Shown piece by piece: positions 37,271 to 47,547 of a stretch of DNA of 64,000 nt. The stretch covers positions 672,001-736,000 of the forward strand of contig CBDCTZ010000013.1 of assembly GCA_965222375.1 (NCBI GenBank), written 5' to 3'. How positions within the stretch are numbered: position 1 is the stretch's first letter; the number at the start of each line of letters is the position of its first letter. A program made the translations under genes and the position numbers. This stretch comes from Polyangiaceae bacterium. GTDB lineage: Bacteria > Myxococcota_A > Polyangia > Polyangiales > Polyangiaceae. Below the pieces are notes generated by a model. The model was not told the origin of the DNA. It worked only from the letters and a program-made list of their open reading frames with translations, and made no database searches.

Positions 37271-38704
37271 ATGCAGGCTGGCATGAGCGTGTTCGACGAA
37301 AACGACCTCACCGCGCTGGCGCAGTTGGTTCGCAGCAAGGCTGTATCCCCGCTGGAACTCGTAGACGAGAGCATACGGCGCATCGAAGAGCTCAACCCGA
37401 AACTCAACGCCGTCATCATTCCGATGTACGACGCCGCGCGAGAGGCGGCTCGAGCGCCGGTCACCGGGCCCTTCGCCGGCGTGCCCTATCTAATTAAAGA
37501 CATCTTGGCACAGATCAAGGGCGTTCGTTACACCGGCGGCTCGCGCCTGCTGAAAGACCACGTCTCGAGCGATGATTCCGAGCTGGTCGCCCGATTGCGA
37601 CGCGCGGGGCTGATCTTCGTCGGCAAGACGAATACGCCGGAGTTCGGTTTCCTGCCCACGACGGAACCCATTCTGCACGGCGCATCCAAGAACCCGTGGT
37701 CCCTGGAGCACACCACGGGTGGTTCGAGTGGCGGCAGCGCAGCCGCCGTGGCCGCGAGGATACTGCCCGCCGCCCACGCCAACGACGGCGGCGGTTCCAT
37801 TCGCATCCCTGCGTCGTGTTGCGGGCTGTTCGGTCTCAAGCCCACCCGTGGACGCAACTCTCTCGGCCCCGATCTCGGCGACATCATGGGCGGTTTAGTG
37901 TGCGAGCACGCAGTGACGGTGTCGGTCCGGGACAGCGCCCTTTTGCTGGACTGCACTCATGGCCCGAGCCCCGGGGACCCCTACTACGCGGCCCCGCCGA
38001 AGCGGCCTTACGTAGGGGAGCTCGAGACCTCGCCGGGAAAGCTCCGCATTGCAGTCAGCACTAACGCGCTGAACGGGGTCGACGTGCATCCTGACTGCCT
38101 AGCAGCAGTCGAAGACGCGGCGAAACTCTGTACCGAGCTCGGACACGAGGTCTTCGAAGCCGAGCTGCCCGTTTCCGGCGACATGTTCGCGCACGCCTTT
38201 GGCGTCTTGTGGACCGCAGGCGCTGCGCTCACTCTCGACGGCACTGCGATGCTTACGGGTCTTTCCCCAACCAAAGAAAACATCGAGCCCCTCAGCTATG
38301 CCTTGGCCGAAGCGGGCCGCGCGCATTCGGCGTCCAGCTACCTCATGGCTGTGGCGCTCCTCCAGCGACTATGCCGAGCCATCGGACGTTTCATGGAAGG
38401 CCACGACGTGCTGCTGTCGCCCGTGCTTGCGGAGCCACCCGTTGGCCTCGGCAGCTTCGACGTCACTGAGGACAACCCCATGGCAGGACTGGTGCGTGCC
38501 GCCCAGTTCGCACCCTTCACGCCGGTCCAGAACGCGACGGGAGAGCCAGCCATGAGCGTGCCGCTGTATTGGAATTCGGAGGGGCTGCCCATCGGCGTGC
38601 AGTTTGCCGGCCGTTACGGCGACGAAGCCACACTGTTTCGTTTGGCGGCTCAGCTGGAACAAGCCCGCCCCTGGGCCAACAAGAAACCACCGATCAGCCT
38701 GTGA
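37271..38704 (+). CDS. Amidase signature family enzyme
   Basis: [40 protein letters not shown]. Confidence 0.95.
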   Translation: MQAGMSVFDENDLTALAQLVRSKAVSPLELVDESIRRIEELNPKLNAVIIPMYDAAREAARAPVTGPFAGVPYLIKDILAQIKGVRYTGGSRLLKDHVSSDDSELVARLRRAGLIFVGKTNTPEFGFLPTTEPILHGASKNPWSLEHTTGGSSGGSAAAVAARILPAAHANDGGGSIRIPASCCGLFGLKPTRGRNSLGPDLGDIMGGLVCEHAVTVSVRDSALLLDCTHGPSPGDPYYAAPPKRPYVGELETSPGKLRIAVSTNALNGVDVHPDCLAAVEDAAKLCTELGHEVFEAELPVSGDMFAHAFGVLWTAGAALTLDGTAMLTGLSPTKENIEPLSYALAEAGRAHSASSYLMAVALLQRLCRAIGRFMEGHDVLLSPVLAEPPVGLGSFDVTEDNPMAGLVRAAQFAPFTPVQNATGEPAMSVPLYWNSEGLPIGVQFAGRYGDEATLFRLAAQLEQARPWANKKPPISL

Positions 38705-39717
38705 CCGAGTACGCCGGACCCCTGCCCTGCCTGGGCTGCATGGGCGCCAAGCCCGAAGCCTCGGCGCGAGCCGTGGCGCAGCAAGGAGCATCGCCCCACA
38801 GCGGCGGCCTCCTCGACGCACCGCTGCCGGCCATCGACGACGAAGAGGGAGCCCGCATCCCCGACGGCTTGCCGCCGGTGGTCGACGGCCACGTACATGT
38901 ATTCCCGGACCGACTCTTCGAAGCCATCTGGGCATGGTTTGGCCAGTATGGCTGGCCCATTCGCTACCGCCTCCGAGCCCTGGAGGTCATCGACTTCCAA
39001 CTCAGCCGAGGAGTGGAACATGTCGTCGCCCTGACCTACGCGCACAAACCCGGCATCGCTCGAGCGCTCAACGATTTCGTGGTCGAGCTGTGCCGACAGC
39101 GATCCCAGGTGCTGGGCTGCGCCACGGTTTTCCCGGGGGAGCCGCACGTCGCGGAGATCCTCGGCGATGCTTTTCGCCAGGGGCTGCGCGGGGTGAAGCT
39201 TCACTGCCATGTGCAGTGCATGAGTATCGACGACCCGAAACTGGCGCCGGTATTCGAAACCTGCGTTACCCACGACCGTCCCCTGGTGGTGCATGCCGGC
39301 CGCGAACCCGCGAGCCCAGGCTATCGCTGCGACCCCCACGAGCTATGCAGTGCAGACCGGGTCGATCGCGTGCTTCGCGAAAACCCCAAGCTGAGACTCG
39401 TCGTTCCCCACCTGGGCGCTGACGAGTTCGACGCATACTCGTCGCTGATGGAGCGCCATCCGAACCTATTCCTCGACACCACCATGGCCATCGGCGGCTA
39501 CTTCCCGACGCGCGTGCCCTGGGATCTCGTCGAGGCATTTCCCGGACGCATCGCGTACGGAACAGATTTTCCAAACGTGCCCTTCGCCTGGGATCGCGAA
39601 CTGCGTTGTCTCTTGGAGCGCAAGCTCTCGCCGGAAAGTCGCACTGCCTTGTTGGGGGGCACAGCGAAATCCCTGTTCCTTGCCTTGGACGAGACCGGCG
39701 CCCTGGGGCCAGAGTAG
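38701..39717 (+). CDS. Amidohydrolase_2-family metallohydrolase
   Basis: VDGHVH, GVKLH, HAG, PHLG, YGTDFP; GTGA overlap with the amidase stop. Confidence 0.88.
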   Translation: MTEYAGPLPCLGCMGAKPEASARAVAQQGASPHSGGLLDAPLPAIDDEEGARIPDGLPPVVDGHVHVFPDRLFEAIWAWFGQYGWPIRYRLRALEVIDFQLSRGVEHVVALTYAHKPGIARALNDFVVELCRQRSQVLGCATVFPGEPHVAEILGDAFRQGLRGVKLHCHVQCMSIDDPKLAPVFETCVTHDRPLVVHAGREPASPGYRCDPHELCSADRVDRVLRENPKLRLVVPHLGADEFDAYSSLMERHPNLFLDTTMAIGGYFPTRVPWDLVEAFPGRIAYGTDFPNVPFAWDRELRCLLERKLSPESRTALLGGTAKSLFLALDETGALGPE

Positions 39718-39904
39718 CTTGGGTTTGGATGGCAACAGAGCTGCGTATGCGTCTCACGGCCGCGGCGCGAGGGCTCTGGCCCGTGGGGGCGCGGGGGTGC
39801 GCTCGGACGCGGGCTCAGCTGTCGTTCCGTGTTGCCAGCGCGTGAATGAGAGTCCTTGAGAGGTGCACTTGCCGGTTGAGCCCTCGGGATCCGTGGCGCC
39901 GTGT

Positions 39905-41371
39905 TCAGCGCGAAACGACGATGTAGGTGCCCTTGCCGAGAGGGCCGAGGGGCGCGGCACCGTTCCAACCCTTGGGCAACTTGGGGTCCGTCCAGCCAAA
40001 CAAGTAGCGCCCGTCCTCCGGTGACAAGTTCACACAACCCGCACTCATCGGCTGTCCGAAATCCTCGTGCCAATACGCGGTATGCAACGCGAAGGGCGCA
40101 TTGAAGTACTGAGTGTAGGGAACGTCGGCGATCCAGAAGCTGCGATTCTCGCCAGTCTCCGGGCTCATGGTCGCAGCGTGGTGCTTGAAGGTCACCCGGT
40201 ACACGCCCATGGGCGTGGTGCTCATCTTCACGGGGTTCTTGCCTTTGATGGGTACGCCGCCGGCCCCGGGGGATTGCAAAGTAGCATAGACCGGATTGAG
40301 CCCTTCATAGGCAACCAAAGTGCCGTTAGTGATGCTGATGAGAACCCACTTGGTCCCCGGCGCCACGCCGATCGGCAGTTTCTCGCGCTGGCGAATCACG
40401 GTGGCGTCCGTCTCCTTGGTCCATAGCTGCCGGCCTCTGGCGTCCTTGGTCCGAGTGGGCAGGTAGCTGCTGCGCCCGGCCCGCACGGACTCCGCGCCAT
40501 CCTGCAGAGCTACGAACGAACGCACCGGGAACTGCTCGGAGGTCGCTTCGAACCGGTCCTCGGCGACGCGCACGAACTTGGGGCGAGCCTTCGCCCGGAA
40601 AAAAGCGATGGGAAGTTGGACGCTCTTGCCCAGTGGAGTGCCCCGGAACTGACTGACGCGAAAGGGTCGGATGCGATCCGCAGGAACTGCCGTGCCGTCC
40701 GCGCTGAGCACGAAGGTGCGACCCGCGTGGGAAAAGGCCCGCGTGTACGCCAGCATGGATCCGTGCGGGATCATGCGGCGCTTGAGGCTCAAGGCTTTTT
40801 CGCGGCCAATGGAACCGCCGTCTGCGAAAAACCACGGCTTGGGATGGCTCGGAGCGATGTTGCGCACCTCCGCCAGCTTTTCGTGGCCGCGGTTGCCCCA
40901 GGATTGGGGTCGGAAGCTGCCGGCCTTGCCCAGGAAGCGCTCCTGTTTCTCCCACTCGGATCGACTGGGGAGACGCCGGTACATGGGCGTGCCGTTGGAC
41001 AGTGCGAAGGAAAAGGGCATCAAACCCGGTCGGGTCTGGGCGAGCTGCATACCCTTGAGGTAGCGACCGGTGCGCTCCAGGGAAACCGTGCGGTCTTTGC
41101 ATACCCAGCCGAAAGGCTCCACGGGCAGAAACTCTTCAGCACACCCAAGCCCCCGCACGGGTGCCTCCTTTCGAAGGCGCACGGCTTCGCCCACGCGTAC
41201 GTAGCCCAAACGACGCTTGCTACGAGCGGGCTTGGCGTAGATCCAGGTCGTGTACCCCTTGCTGAACAGCTCCTGAGCGCCTGCCTTGGGCTTGGCGGTC
41301 GCAACGCAGGGCACTGCGGCGACGAGAGTCGCCAAAAGCGCCGCCACGGCCGTCGTCCGCATGCCAACCAC
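39905..41371 (-). CDS. L,D-transpeptidase (YkuD) family protein
   Basis: Signal peptide; ALHTAYWH...SAGCVNLS catalytic motif. Confidence 0.9.
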   Translation of the reverse strand: MVGMRTTAVAALLATLVAAVPCVATAKPKAGAQELFSKGYTTWIYAKPARSKRRLGYVRVGEAVRLRKEAPVRGLGCAEEFLPVEPFGWVCKDRTVSLERTGRYLKGMQLAQTRPGLMPFSFALSNGTPMYRRLPSRSEWEKQERFLGKAGSFRPQSWGNRGHEKLAEVRNIAPSHPKPWFFADGGSIGREKALSLKRRMIPHGSMLAYTRAFSHAGRTFVLSADGTAVPADRIRPFRVSQFRGTPLGKSVQLPIAFFRAKARPKFVRVAEDRFEATSEQFPVRSFVALQDGAESVRAGRSSYLPTRTKDARGRQLWTKETDATVIRQREKLPIGVAPGTKWVLISITNGTLVAYEGLNPVYATLQSPGAGGVPIKGKNPVKMSTTPMGVYRVTFKHHAATMSPETGENRSFWIADVPYTQYFNAPFALHTAYWHEDFGQPMSAGCVNLSPEDGRYLFGWTDPKLPKGWNGAAPLGPLGKGTYIVVSR

Positions 41372-41454
41372 CGTGCCCTAGGGCCCAGCGCGGTTCAAGG
41401 GTGGGGCCTGACGACCCGACCAGGACGCCTCGATTGTTGTAGAGTCCGCGCGAG

Positions 41455-42513
41455 ATGGCAGCATCAAAACAAGGAGCCGCGGAGCCAGCCGACCTGGGCC
41501 GAGTGATCGGAGGCGGCCCCGGCGGTGACGATGAGCGGTTTGATCGCTTGTTCCGCCCCAAGACCCTCGACGACTTCGTGGGCCAGGCGAAACACAAGGG
41601 GAACCTAAAGGTCTACGTGGAGGCGGCCAGACGGCGCTCGGAACCCCTCGACCACCTGCTGCTGTGCGGCCCACCGGGCCTGGGCAAGACGACTCTGGCC
41701 CACGTTCTTGCCAACGAAATGGGAGTCAATCTGTCCATCACCAGCGGCCCCGCCGTGGAGCACAAAGGCGCACTCACGGGCCTGCTGACACGCCTCGAAC
41801 GCGGGGACATCCTTTTCATCGACGAGATCCATCGCCTGAGTGCCGTCGTAGAGGAGTCTCTGTATCCAGCCATCGAGGACTTTCGCATGGACCTCATGGT
41901 GGGAGATGGTGCGTTCGCCGAAAGCATCCCCATGGACCTGAAGCCTTTCACCCTCGTGGCGGCCACCACGCGCACGGGCCTGCTCACCAAGCCCCTGCAA
42001 GAGCGCTTCGGAATCACTCTACGCTTGGACTACTACCCGGTGGACGACTTGAAGCGCATCATCCTGCGCAGTGCCAAGCTCCTCGGCGTCCCCTGTGAGG
42101 AGCAAGGCGCTCGGGCGCTCGCGGAGCGCGCTCGGGGCACACCACGCGTGGCCAACCGACTATTGCGTCGGGTTAGGGATTTCGCGGAGGTGCGCGGTAG
42201 CGGATCCATCGACACGGAAATCGTTCGGGTGGCGTGCGATCACCTCGAAGTGGATTCCGGAGGCCTCGACGAAATGGACCGCCGCCTGCTGATGGTTCTG
42301 ATCGAGCACTACGACGGCGGCCCCGTTGGCGTGGAGACCTTGGCCGCGGCGTTGGCCGAGCCCCGGGACACGATCGAGGATGTCTACGAACCCTACCTGC
42401 TGCAGCAAGGCTTCCTGGGGCGAACGCCGCGGGGCCGCGTGGCGACGAAGCGCGCCTACGAGCACCTCGGTGTGAACGAGCCGACCAACGGCCCCCAAAA
42501 GAGTCTGTTCTGA
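41455..42513 (+). CDS. ruvB: Holliday junction branch migration helicase RuvB
   Basis: RP..LDDFVGQ, GPPGLGKTTLA, FIDEIHRL, RGTPRVANRLL, RTPRGR. Confidence 0.98.
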   Translation: MAASKQGAAEPADLGRVIGGGPGGDDERFDRLFRPKTLDDFVGQAKHKGNLKVYVEAARRRSEPLDHLLLCGPPGLGKTTLAHVLANEMGVNLSITSGPAVEHKGALTGLLTRLERGDILFIDEIHRLSAVVEESLYPAIEDFRMDLMVGDGAFAESIPMDLKPFTLVAATTRTGLLTKPLQERFGITLRLDYYPVDDLKRIILRSAKLLGVPCEEQGARALAERARGTPRVANRLLRRVRDFAEVRGSGSIDTEIVRVACDHLEVDSGGLDEMDRRLLMVLIEHYDGGPVGVETLAAALAEPRDTIEDVYEPYLLQQGFLGRTPRGRVATKRAYEHLGVNEPTNGPQKSLF

Positions 42514-42609
42514 CCGGCACGCACATCCACTGACATCATTGGACCCACGCCCGGCCCTGCGCTCGTACGGTTCGAGCGACGCGGTGGCTTGCATGCTATC
42601 TTGTGCGGG

Positions 42610-43809
42610 ATGTCTTCACGCAGCTTCATGTTCGTCGGCCTGGTTGGGCTCGTGGCATGCAGCAACGTGCTCGGCTACGACGACCTGAGCTTCGACGACT
42701 CGGCGGGAGCTGACGCGGGCGCATCCGGGGGCAGCTCGGGCAGTGGCGGGGGCGCCCTCGGGGGTAGCGCTGGACTTGCGGGCGCAACCGCAACCGGGGG
42801 CAGCGCGGGCAGTGGCAGCGGTGGAGCACCTGGCAGTGGCGGCGCCACGAGTGGTGGAGGGCCCGGCAGTGGCGGCGCCACGAGTGGTGGAGGACCCGGC
42901 GGCGGCGGCGCCGCAAGCGGTGGCGCGCCAGCGGGCGGCGCGACGGGTTCGGGCGGCGGAGTGAGCACCGGCGGTTTGTCGGCAACCGGCGGGCAGGGCG
43001 GCGGCACGAGCGTCGCAGCAATTTGCTCCCGTTGGAAGAGCGACCGTCAGAACTTGGCGGAGGGCACCTGGACGGGTTCCGTCAGCAGTTGCGTTGCCGG
43101 CGACGTCACCGGCGACGGGCGCGCCAACGCGCTCAAGTTGGTCAATTTGTATCGTTGGCTCTGCGGCCTGCCCGCCGTGGGCACCGACGCCAACAAGGAC
43201 AGCAGCGCCCAAGCTTGCGCGCTGATCATGGACGCCAACAACAAGCTATCCCACTCGCCTCCCTCCACCTGGGCATGTCACTCCGCTTCGGGTGCCGCTG
43301 CCGCCGGCAAGAGCAACATTGCGTCCACCGCAGGCGTGAAGGCCGTGGACCTGTACATCGCAGATCCCGGAAACGAGACCACGATGGGTCATCGGCGATG
43401 GATCCTGAACAACAAGCTGGGCCCGATTGGGCTAGGAAGCACCAGCAGCTACTCTTGCATGCACGTGATTGGCGGCAGCGGCTACGGCAACAACGTTTGG
43501 ACGGCGTTCCCACCGCCGGGTCCCGTTCCCGCAGGGCTCTTCACTGCGTCCTATGCATCCGTCGACTCGACGGGGTGGACCATCCAGAGCGAGAGTATCA
43601 ATCTCGCCTCTGCGAAGGTCACCATCACCGAAGGGGGCCAGAACAAGCCCGTAACCGTCGCGACGCTGCAGAGCGGCTACGGCAGCAAGTACGCCATCGT
43701 GATCAGGCCGCAAGGCTGGACCAGTACGGCCGGCAAGACCTACAAGGTGTCCGTCACGGGCATTAGCCAACCCATCAATTACGACGTCCAAGTCGTAAGC
43801 TGCAATTAG
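42610..43809 (+). CDS. CAP/SCP-domain lipoprotein with Gly-rich linker
   Basis: Lipobox LVAC; NLYRWLCGL, LSHSP, SNIA, GHRRWIL. Confidence 0.85.
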   Translation: MSSRSFMFVGLVGLVACSNVLGYDDLSFDDSAGADAGASGGSSGSGGGALGGSAGLAGATATGGSAGSGSGGAPGSGGATSGGGPGSGGATSGGGPGGGGAASGGAPAGGATGSGGGVSTGGLSATGGQGGGTSVAAICSRWKSDRQNLAEGTWTGSVSSCVAGDVTGDGRANALKLVNLYRWLCGLPAVGTDANKDSSAQACALIMDANNKLSHSPPSTWACHSASGAAAAGKSNIASTAGVKAVDLYIADPGNETTMGHRRWILNNKLGPIGLGSTSSYSCMHVIGGSGYGNNVWTAFPPPGPVPAGLFTASYASVDSTGWTIQSESINLASAKVTITEGGQNKPVTVATLQSGYGSKYAIVIRPQGWTSTAGKTYKVSVTGISQPINYDVQVVSCN

Positions 43810-43843
43810 TTGCATCGGATTCTGTCGAATCGATGCAACTAAT
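43805..43843. terminator. Strong hairpin overlapping the CAP gene stop codon
   Basis: ATTAGTTGCATCG (43805-43817) and CGATGCAACTAAT (43831-43843) are perfect 13-bp arms; no U-tract, so a terminator role is uncertain. Confidence 0.45.
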
Positions 43844-44046
43844 CCCGCTTGTCGGAAGCACAGCTCCCGCCCCGCTGACGTGAAGTACGCGCTTGTGACG
43901 CGCTTCGTGATACCCGACGGGGTAATACCCGACGGGGTGCAGCGGGGCCCCACCCTCTGGTTTCGGGGCCCCAACCCCGAAACTGATCGGTTCAACAGAA
44001 TCGATGAGACAAGCCCTCCTTCTCGGGAGCACAGCTCCCGCCCCGC
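43827..44046. repeat. Imperfect 49-bp direct repeats enclosing REP-like sequence
   Basis: GAATCGATG...AGCACAGCTCCCGCCCCGC at 43827-43875 and 43998-44046; internal ATACCCGACGGGG twice. Confidence 0.85.
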
Positions 44047-44322
44047 GGAAATGCAAGCGGAGGAGTGGTCGCGAAATGGTTTTTGGGGGATGTGCCGGAG
44101 GCTGTCGTCATCGACAGTTCATCGCGGTCCGAGCTCAGGCGCCGAAACGCAATCGGGTCGACCTGCGCTGCGCTTCTGCCGCCTCGGTCCCCTTGGCGAC
44201 CACCCATCGGCCGGGTGCGGAAACATCCTACCTGTCTGACGCGATGCGTTGTTCGGAAAGGCTTCCGAAATCTGTGTGAAACAAAGGCCTGCGAGGTTTC
44301 CGGCGAAGGAGACCACTGCCGC

Positions 44323-45762
44323 ATGAGAAACCTCGTCCGCTCCGCCTCGTTCCTGTCGGTGTTTGCTGCACCCGCCGTCGCTCTGGCAGAGGAAGCAACC
44401 TCGCCCCCCGTGGCCGCGCAAACCACCGTCGATACAGTGTGGGTCCTGCTGTGCGCCTTCTTGGTCTTCTTCATGCATGCGGGCTTCGCTCTGCTCGAGA
44501 GCGGGCTGATTCGGAAGAAGAACGTGGTCAACGTTCTGGCCAAGAACTTCATGATCGTCGCGGGCACCTGCCTGGTCTTTTATGCCTGTGGCTTCGCGTT
44601 CATGTTTGGCAACGGCAACGCCGTCATCGGCACGACTGGCTTCTTCGTGCCCAACGACGCAGGCGTATTCGAGTCCCTGTCGTGGACCTCAGTTCCGGTC
44701 AGTGTAAAGTTCTTTTTCCAGATGGTGTTCGCTGCGACCGCCGCCACGATCGTGTCCGGCGCCGTCGCGGAGCGGATTCACTACTCGGCCTTCATCATAT
44801 TCGGCTTGCTCATGGGAGCAGTGATTTACCCTGTCGCAGGGCATTGGATTTGGGGCGGCGGCTTCTTGGCGGAGGCCGGCTTCCTGGACTTTGCGGGTTC
44901 GACGGTGGTGCATTCCGTCGGCGGCTGGGCCGCCCTCGTTGGCGTTTGGATGTTGGGCCCACGCCAGGGCAAATACGCCAAAGACGGCACATTGAAGCCG
45001 ATTCCGGGCCACAACATGTCCAGCGCCGCGCTGGGCACGTTCGTGTTGTGGCTGGGTTGGTTCGGCTTCAACGCAGGTTCGACCATGGCGGCAGATCCCA
45101 ACGCGATCGGACACATCGTGCTCGTCACGACGCTTGCCGCCTCCGCAGCAGCCATCGCGGCGACCTTCTACACTTGGTGGCGCGTCGGCAAACCCGATCT
45201 GGGTCTCACCCTGAACGGGGCCCTCGCGGGTCTGGTCGGCATCACCGCGCCCTGCGCCTTCGTCGGTGGCGCGTACTCGCTAGTGATTGGCTTGGTTGCC
45301 GGCGTTCTGGTGGTAGAGGGCGTCATCCTCTTCGACAGGAAGCGCATCGACGACCCCGTGGGCGCCACCAGCGTTCATCTTCTGTGCGGCACCTTCGGAA
45401 CGCTCGCAGTAGGCCTCTTCGCCGACCCGGCCATCGCAAAGTCCGTGGCCGGGGTGGAGCTCAAGAGCGCCGGGCTGCTCCTCGGTGGCGGCAGCGCGCA
45501 ACTATTGGCGCAGATCTTCGGCGTGGTCGCCGTGGGCGCATTCACGTTGGTCGTTTCCGGCATTGCTTGGAGCGCGCTGCGCGCCGTGACCGGACTCAGG
45601 GTCAACGAAGAGGATGAGCATCTGGGTCTGGACCTGGCCGAGATGGGCATGGAGGCCTACCCGGATGAAATGGCGCGCGGTTGGGCACTTCCCGGCGATT
45701 CCTTGGCGCCCCAGCGACAAAACGCCGTAGCCTTGGAAGCCGCCGAAGAGCCTGGCTCCTGA
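44323..45762 (+). CDS. amtB: Ammonium transporter
   Basis: RBS GAAGGAG; FQMVFAATAATIVSGAVAER, DFAGSTVVH, WLGWFGFNAGS, DDPVGATSVH. Confidence 0.97.
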   Translation: MRNLVRSASFLSVFAAPAVALAEEATSPPVAAQTTVDTVWVLLCAFLVFFMHAGFALLESGLIRKKNVVNVLAKNFMIVAGTCLVFYACGFAFMFGNGNAVIGTTGFFVPNDAGVFESLSWTSVPVSVKFFFQMVFAATAATIVSGAVAERIHYSAFIIFGLLMGAVIYPVAGHWIWGGGFLAEAGFLDFAGSTVVHSVGGWAALVGVWMLGPRQGKYAKDGTLKPIPGHNMSSAALGTFVLWLGWFGFNAGSTMAADPNAIGHIVLVTTLAASAAAIAATFYTWWRVGKPDLGLTLNGALAGLVGITAPCAFVGGAYSLVIGLVAGVLVVEGVILFDRKRIDDPVGATSVHLLCGTFGTLAVGLFADPAIAKSVAGVELKSAGLLLGGGSAQLLAQIFGVVAVGAFTLVVSGIAWSALRAVTGLRVNEEDEHLGLDLAEMGMEAYPDEMARGWALPGDSLAPQRQNAVALEAAEEPGS

Positions 45763-45918
45763 TTTTGCGGGGCTTTTGGCACTACAGGCGCGAGTTTCTC
45801 CAGCCTCTCGCTTGCACCCGCTATTTGGGGCAAACTAACCTGTACAAGTGGCACGGGGATCCGCCCGTGCCGTGGACCGCGCGAGGACGCCTCGAACCCG
45901 AGTAATACCGGAAAAACG

Positions 45919-47547
45919 CTGGGGAAATACCGGCTCCTAGCCCGCCTGGGTCAAGGTGGCATGGCGGAGGTGTATCTAGCTGTCGTTGCAGGTCCAGGCG
46001 GCTTCAACAAGCTGCAAGTCGTCAAAGTGATGAAGCCGGAGCTGCTAGAAGAGCCCGAGCATCGCACGATGTTTTTGGATGAGGGTCGCCTGGCGGCGCG
46101 CCTGAACCATCCTAACATCGTTCAGACCAATGAGGTGCAGATCGAGGGCGACAACCACTTCATCGCTATGGAGTACCTCGATGGGCAGCCGCTACACCGC
46201 ATTGTGCGGCGCTCCAAGAAGGCCGGTGAGGGACCGCCGATCCAGTGGCACCTGCATATCTTCTGCGAGGTCCTGAGCGCACTGGAATACGCCCATACGG
46301 TTACCAACTATGACGGGTCGCCCCTCGCCGTCGTGCACCGGGACGTAACGCCGCACAACGTCTTCGTGACCTACGCCGGCCAAATCAAGCTCTGCGACTT
46401 TGGCATCGCCAAAACCATGAGTTCGTCGATCGAGACGCGGCATGGTGTGTTGAAAGGCAAAGTCAGCTACATGGCGCCAGAGCAGGTCCTCAGTACCCGA
46501 GTGGACCGACGCGCGGACTTGTTTGCTGTTGGGATCATGCTCTGGGAGGCAGTCACCGGGCAGCGTATGTGGCACGACCAGTCGGACCTGCAAATCATGC
46601 AGGCCCTGAGTCAAGGTCAGGTACCAAAGGCTGCGGACGTCAACCCCTCCGTAGACGCCGAAATGGAGCGGATCCTCGACCGCGCCCTGGCAGTGGACCC
46701 GGCGGGTCGCTATGCCACGGCATCGGAGTTCAAGAAGGAGCTGGAAAACTACCTCTTCAGCCAGACGGCGCGCATTCGACCAGACGCCATTGGCAGCTGG
46801 ATAAGCGGGCTCTTCGAGCAGGAGCGATCCAACCTCCAGCGCGTGATCCAGGATCAACTCAGCGGATCGAGCAGTGCACCCCCGCTACTCGATCCCCCAC
46901 GTCCGGCAGCCGCAGATAGCAGCCCGTCGCGCTCGGGCCTCGCAGGTAGCGCGCAACCCGGACGCTCACTCACCATCCCCTCCGTCGAAGTCAGCGGGCC
47001 GGCGCGCAAGCCCAAGCGCTCCCGAGGGACCCTCGCGGCCCTGGTCGGCGCCCTCGCCGCGAGCGTCGTCTTCCTGCTCGGCATCGTAATCGTTCTGACC
47101 CTTCGGGCGCGCAACGCAGAGCCCACGATCACCGGCGTCGAGCAGGTTAGTGGAGCCACCGGACTTGCTCCGACCCCGCCGCCACCTGAAACCAAGCCTA
47201 TCGAAGACAAGCCGAAGAAGATCAAGATGTTTGTGAGCGTGACCCCAGCGGACGCCACCTTGACCTTGGACGGCAAGAAGCTGAGCGAAAACCCGTGGAA
47301 GTCCGACCTCGAGGTAGACGACGAGGAACACGAATTGGTGATCTCAGCCGAAGGTTATGAAAGCCAGACTCGCAAGTTGCAGTTCGACATCACGCAGCGC
47401 ATTGAAATCACCCTCAAGAAGTCCAAGCCCAAAGTGGCAACGCGCGTCTACGTCGCGCCCAAAAAGAAGCCCGAGGAAAAGAAGACGCCGGAGTCACCCC
47501 CAAAGAAGCCCCCAGGCAAAGCCCTCGACCCCGACGACCCATGGTGA
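45919..47547 (+). CDS. Membrane Ser/Thr protein kinase with C-terminal PEGA-like domain
   Basis: LGKYRLLARLGQGG precedes the first ATG (45961) in frame; HRDVTPHN, DFG, YMAPE; TM helix. Start uncertain. Confidence 0.9.
   Translation: MGKYRLLARLGQGGMAEVYLAVVAGPGGFNKLQVVKVMKPELLEEPEHRTMFLDEGRLAARLNHPNIVQTNEVQIEGDNHFIAMEYLDGQPLHRIVRRSKKAGEGPPIQWHLHIFCEVLSALEYAHTVTNYDGSPLAVVHRDVTPHNVFVTYAGQIKLCDFGIAKTMSSSIETRHGVLKGKVSYMAPEQVLSTRVDRRADLFAVGIMLWEAVTGQRMWHDQSDLQIMQALSQGQVPKAADVNPSVDAEMERILDRALAVDPAGRYATASEFKKELENYLFSQTARIRPDAIGSWISGLFEQERSNLQRVIQDQLSGSSSAPPLLDPPRPAAADSSPSRSGLAGSAQPGRSLTIPSVEVSGPARKPKRSRGTLAALVGALAASVVFLLGIVIVLTLRARNAEPTITGVEQVSGATGLAPTPPPPETKPIEDKPKKIKMFVSVTPADATLTLDGKKLSENPWKSDLEVDDEEHELVISAEGYESQTRKLQFDITQRIEITLKKSKPKVATRVYVAPKKKPEEKKTPESPPKKPPGKALDPDDPW

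Noticed and set aside
42720..43010. Gly-rich nucleotide repeats (also 6820-6960 and 7630-7860) as non-coding arrays
   Set aside because: They are in-frame low-complexity linkers of lipoproteins
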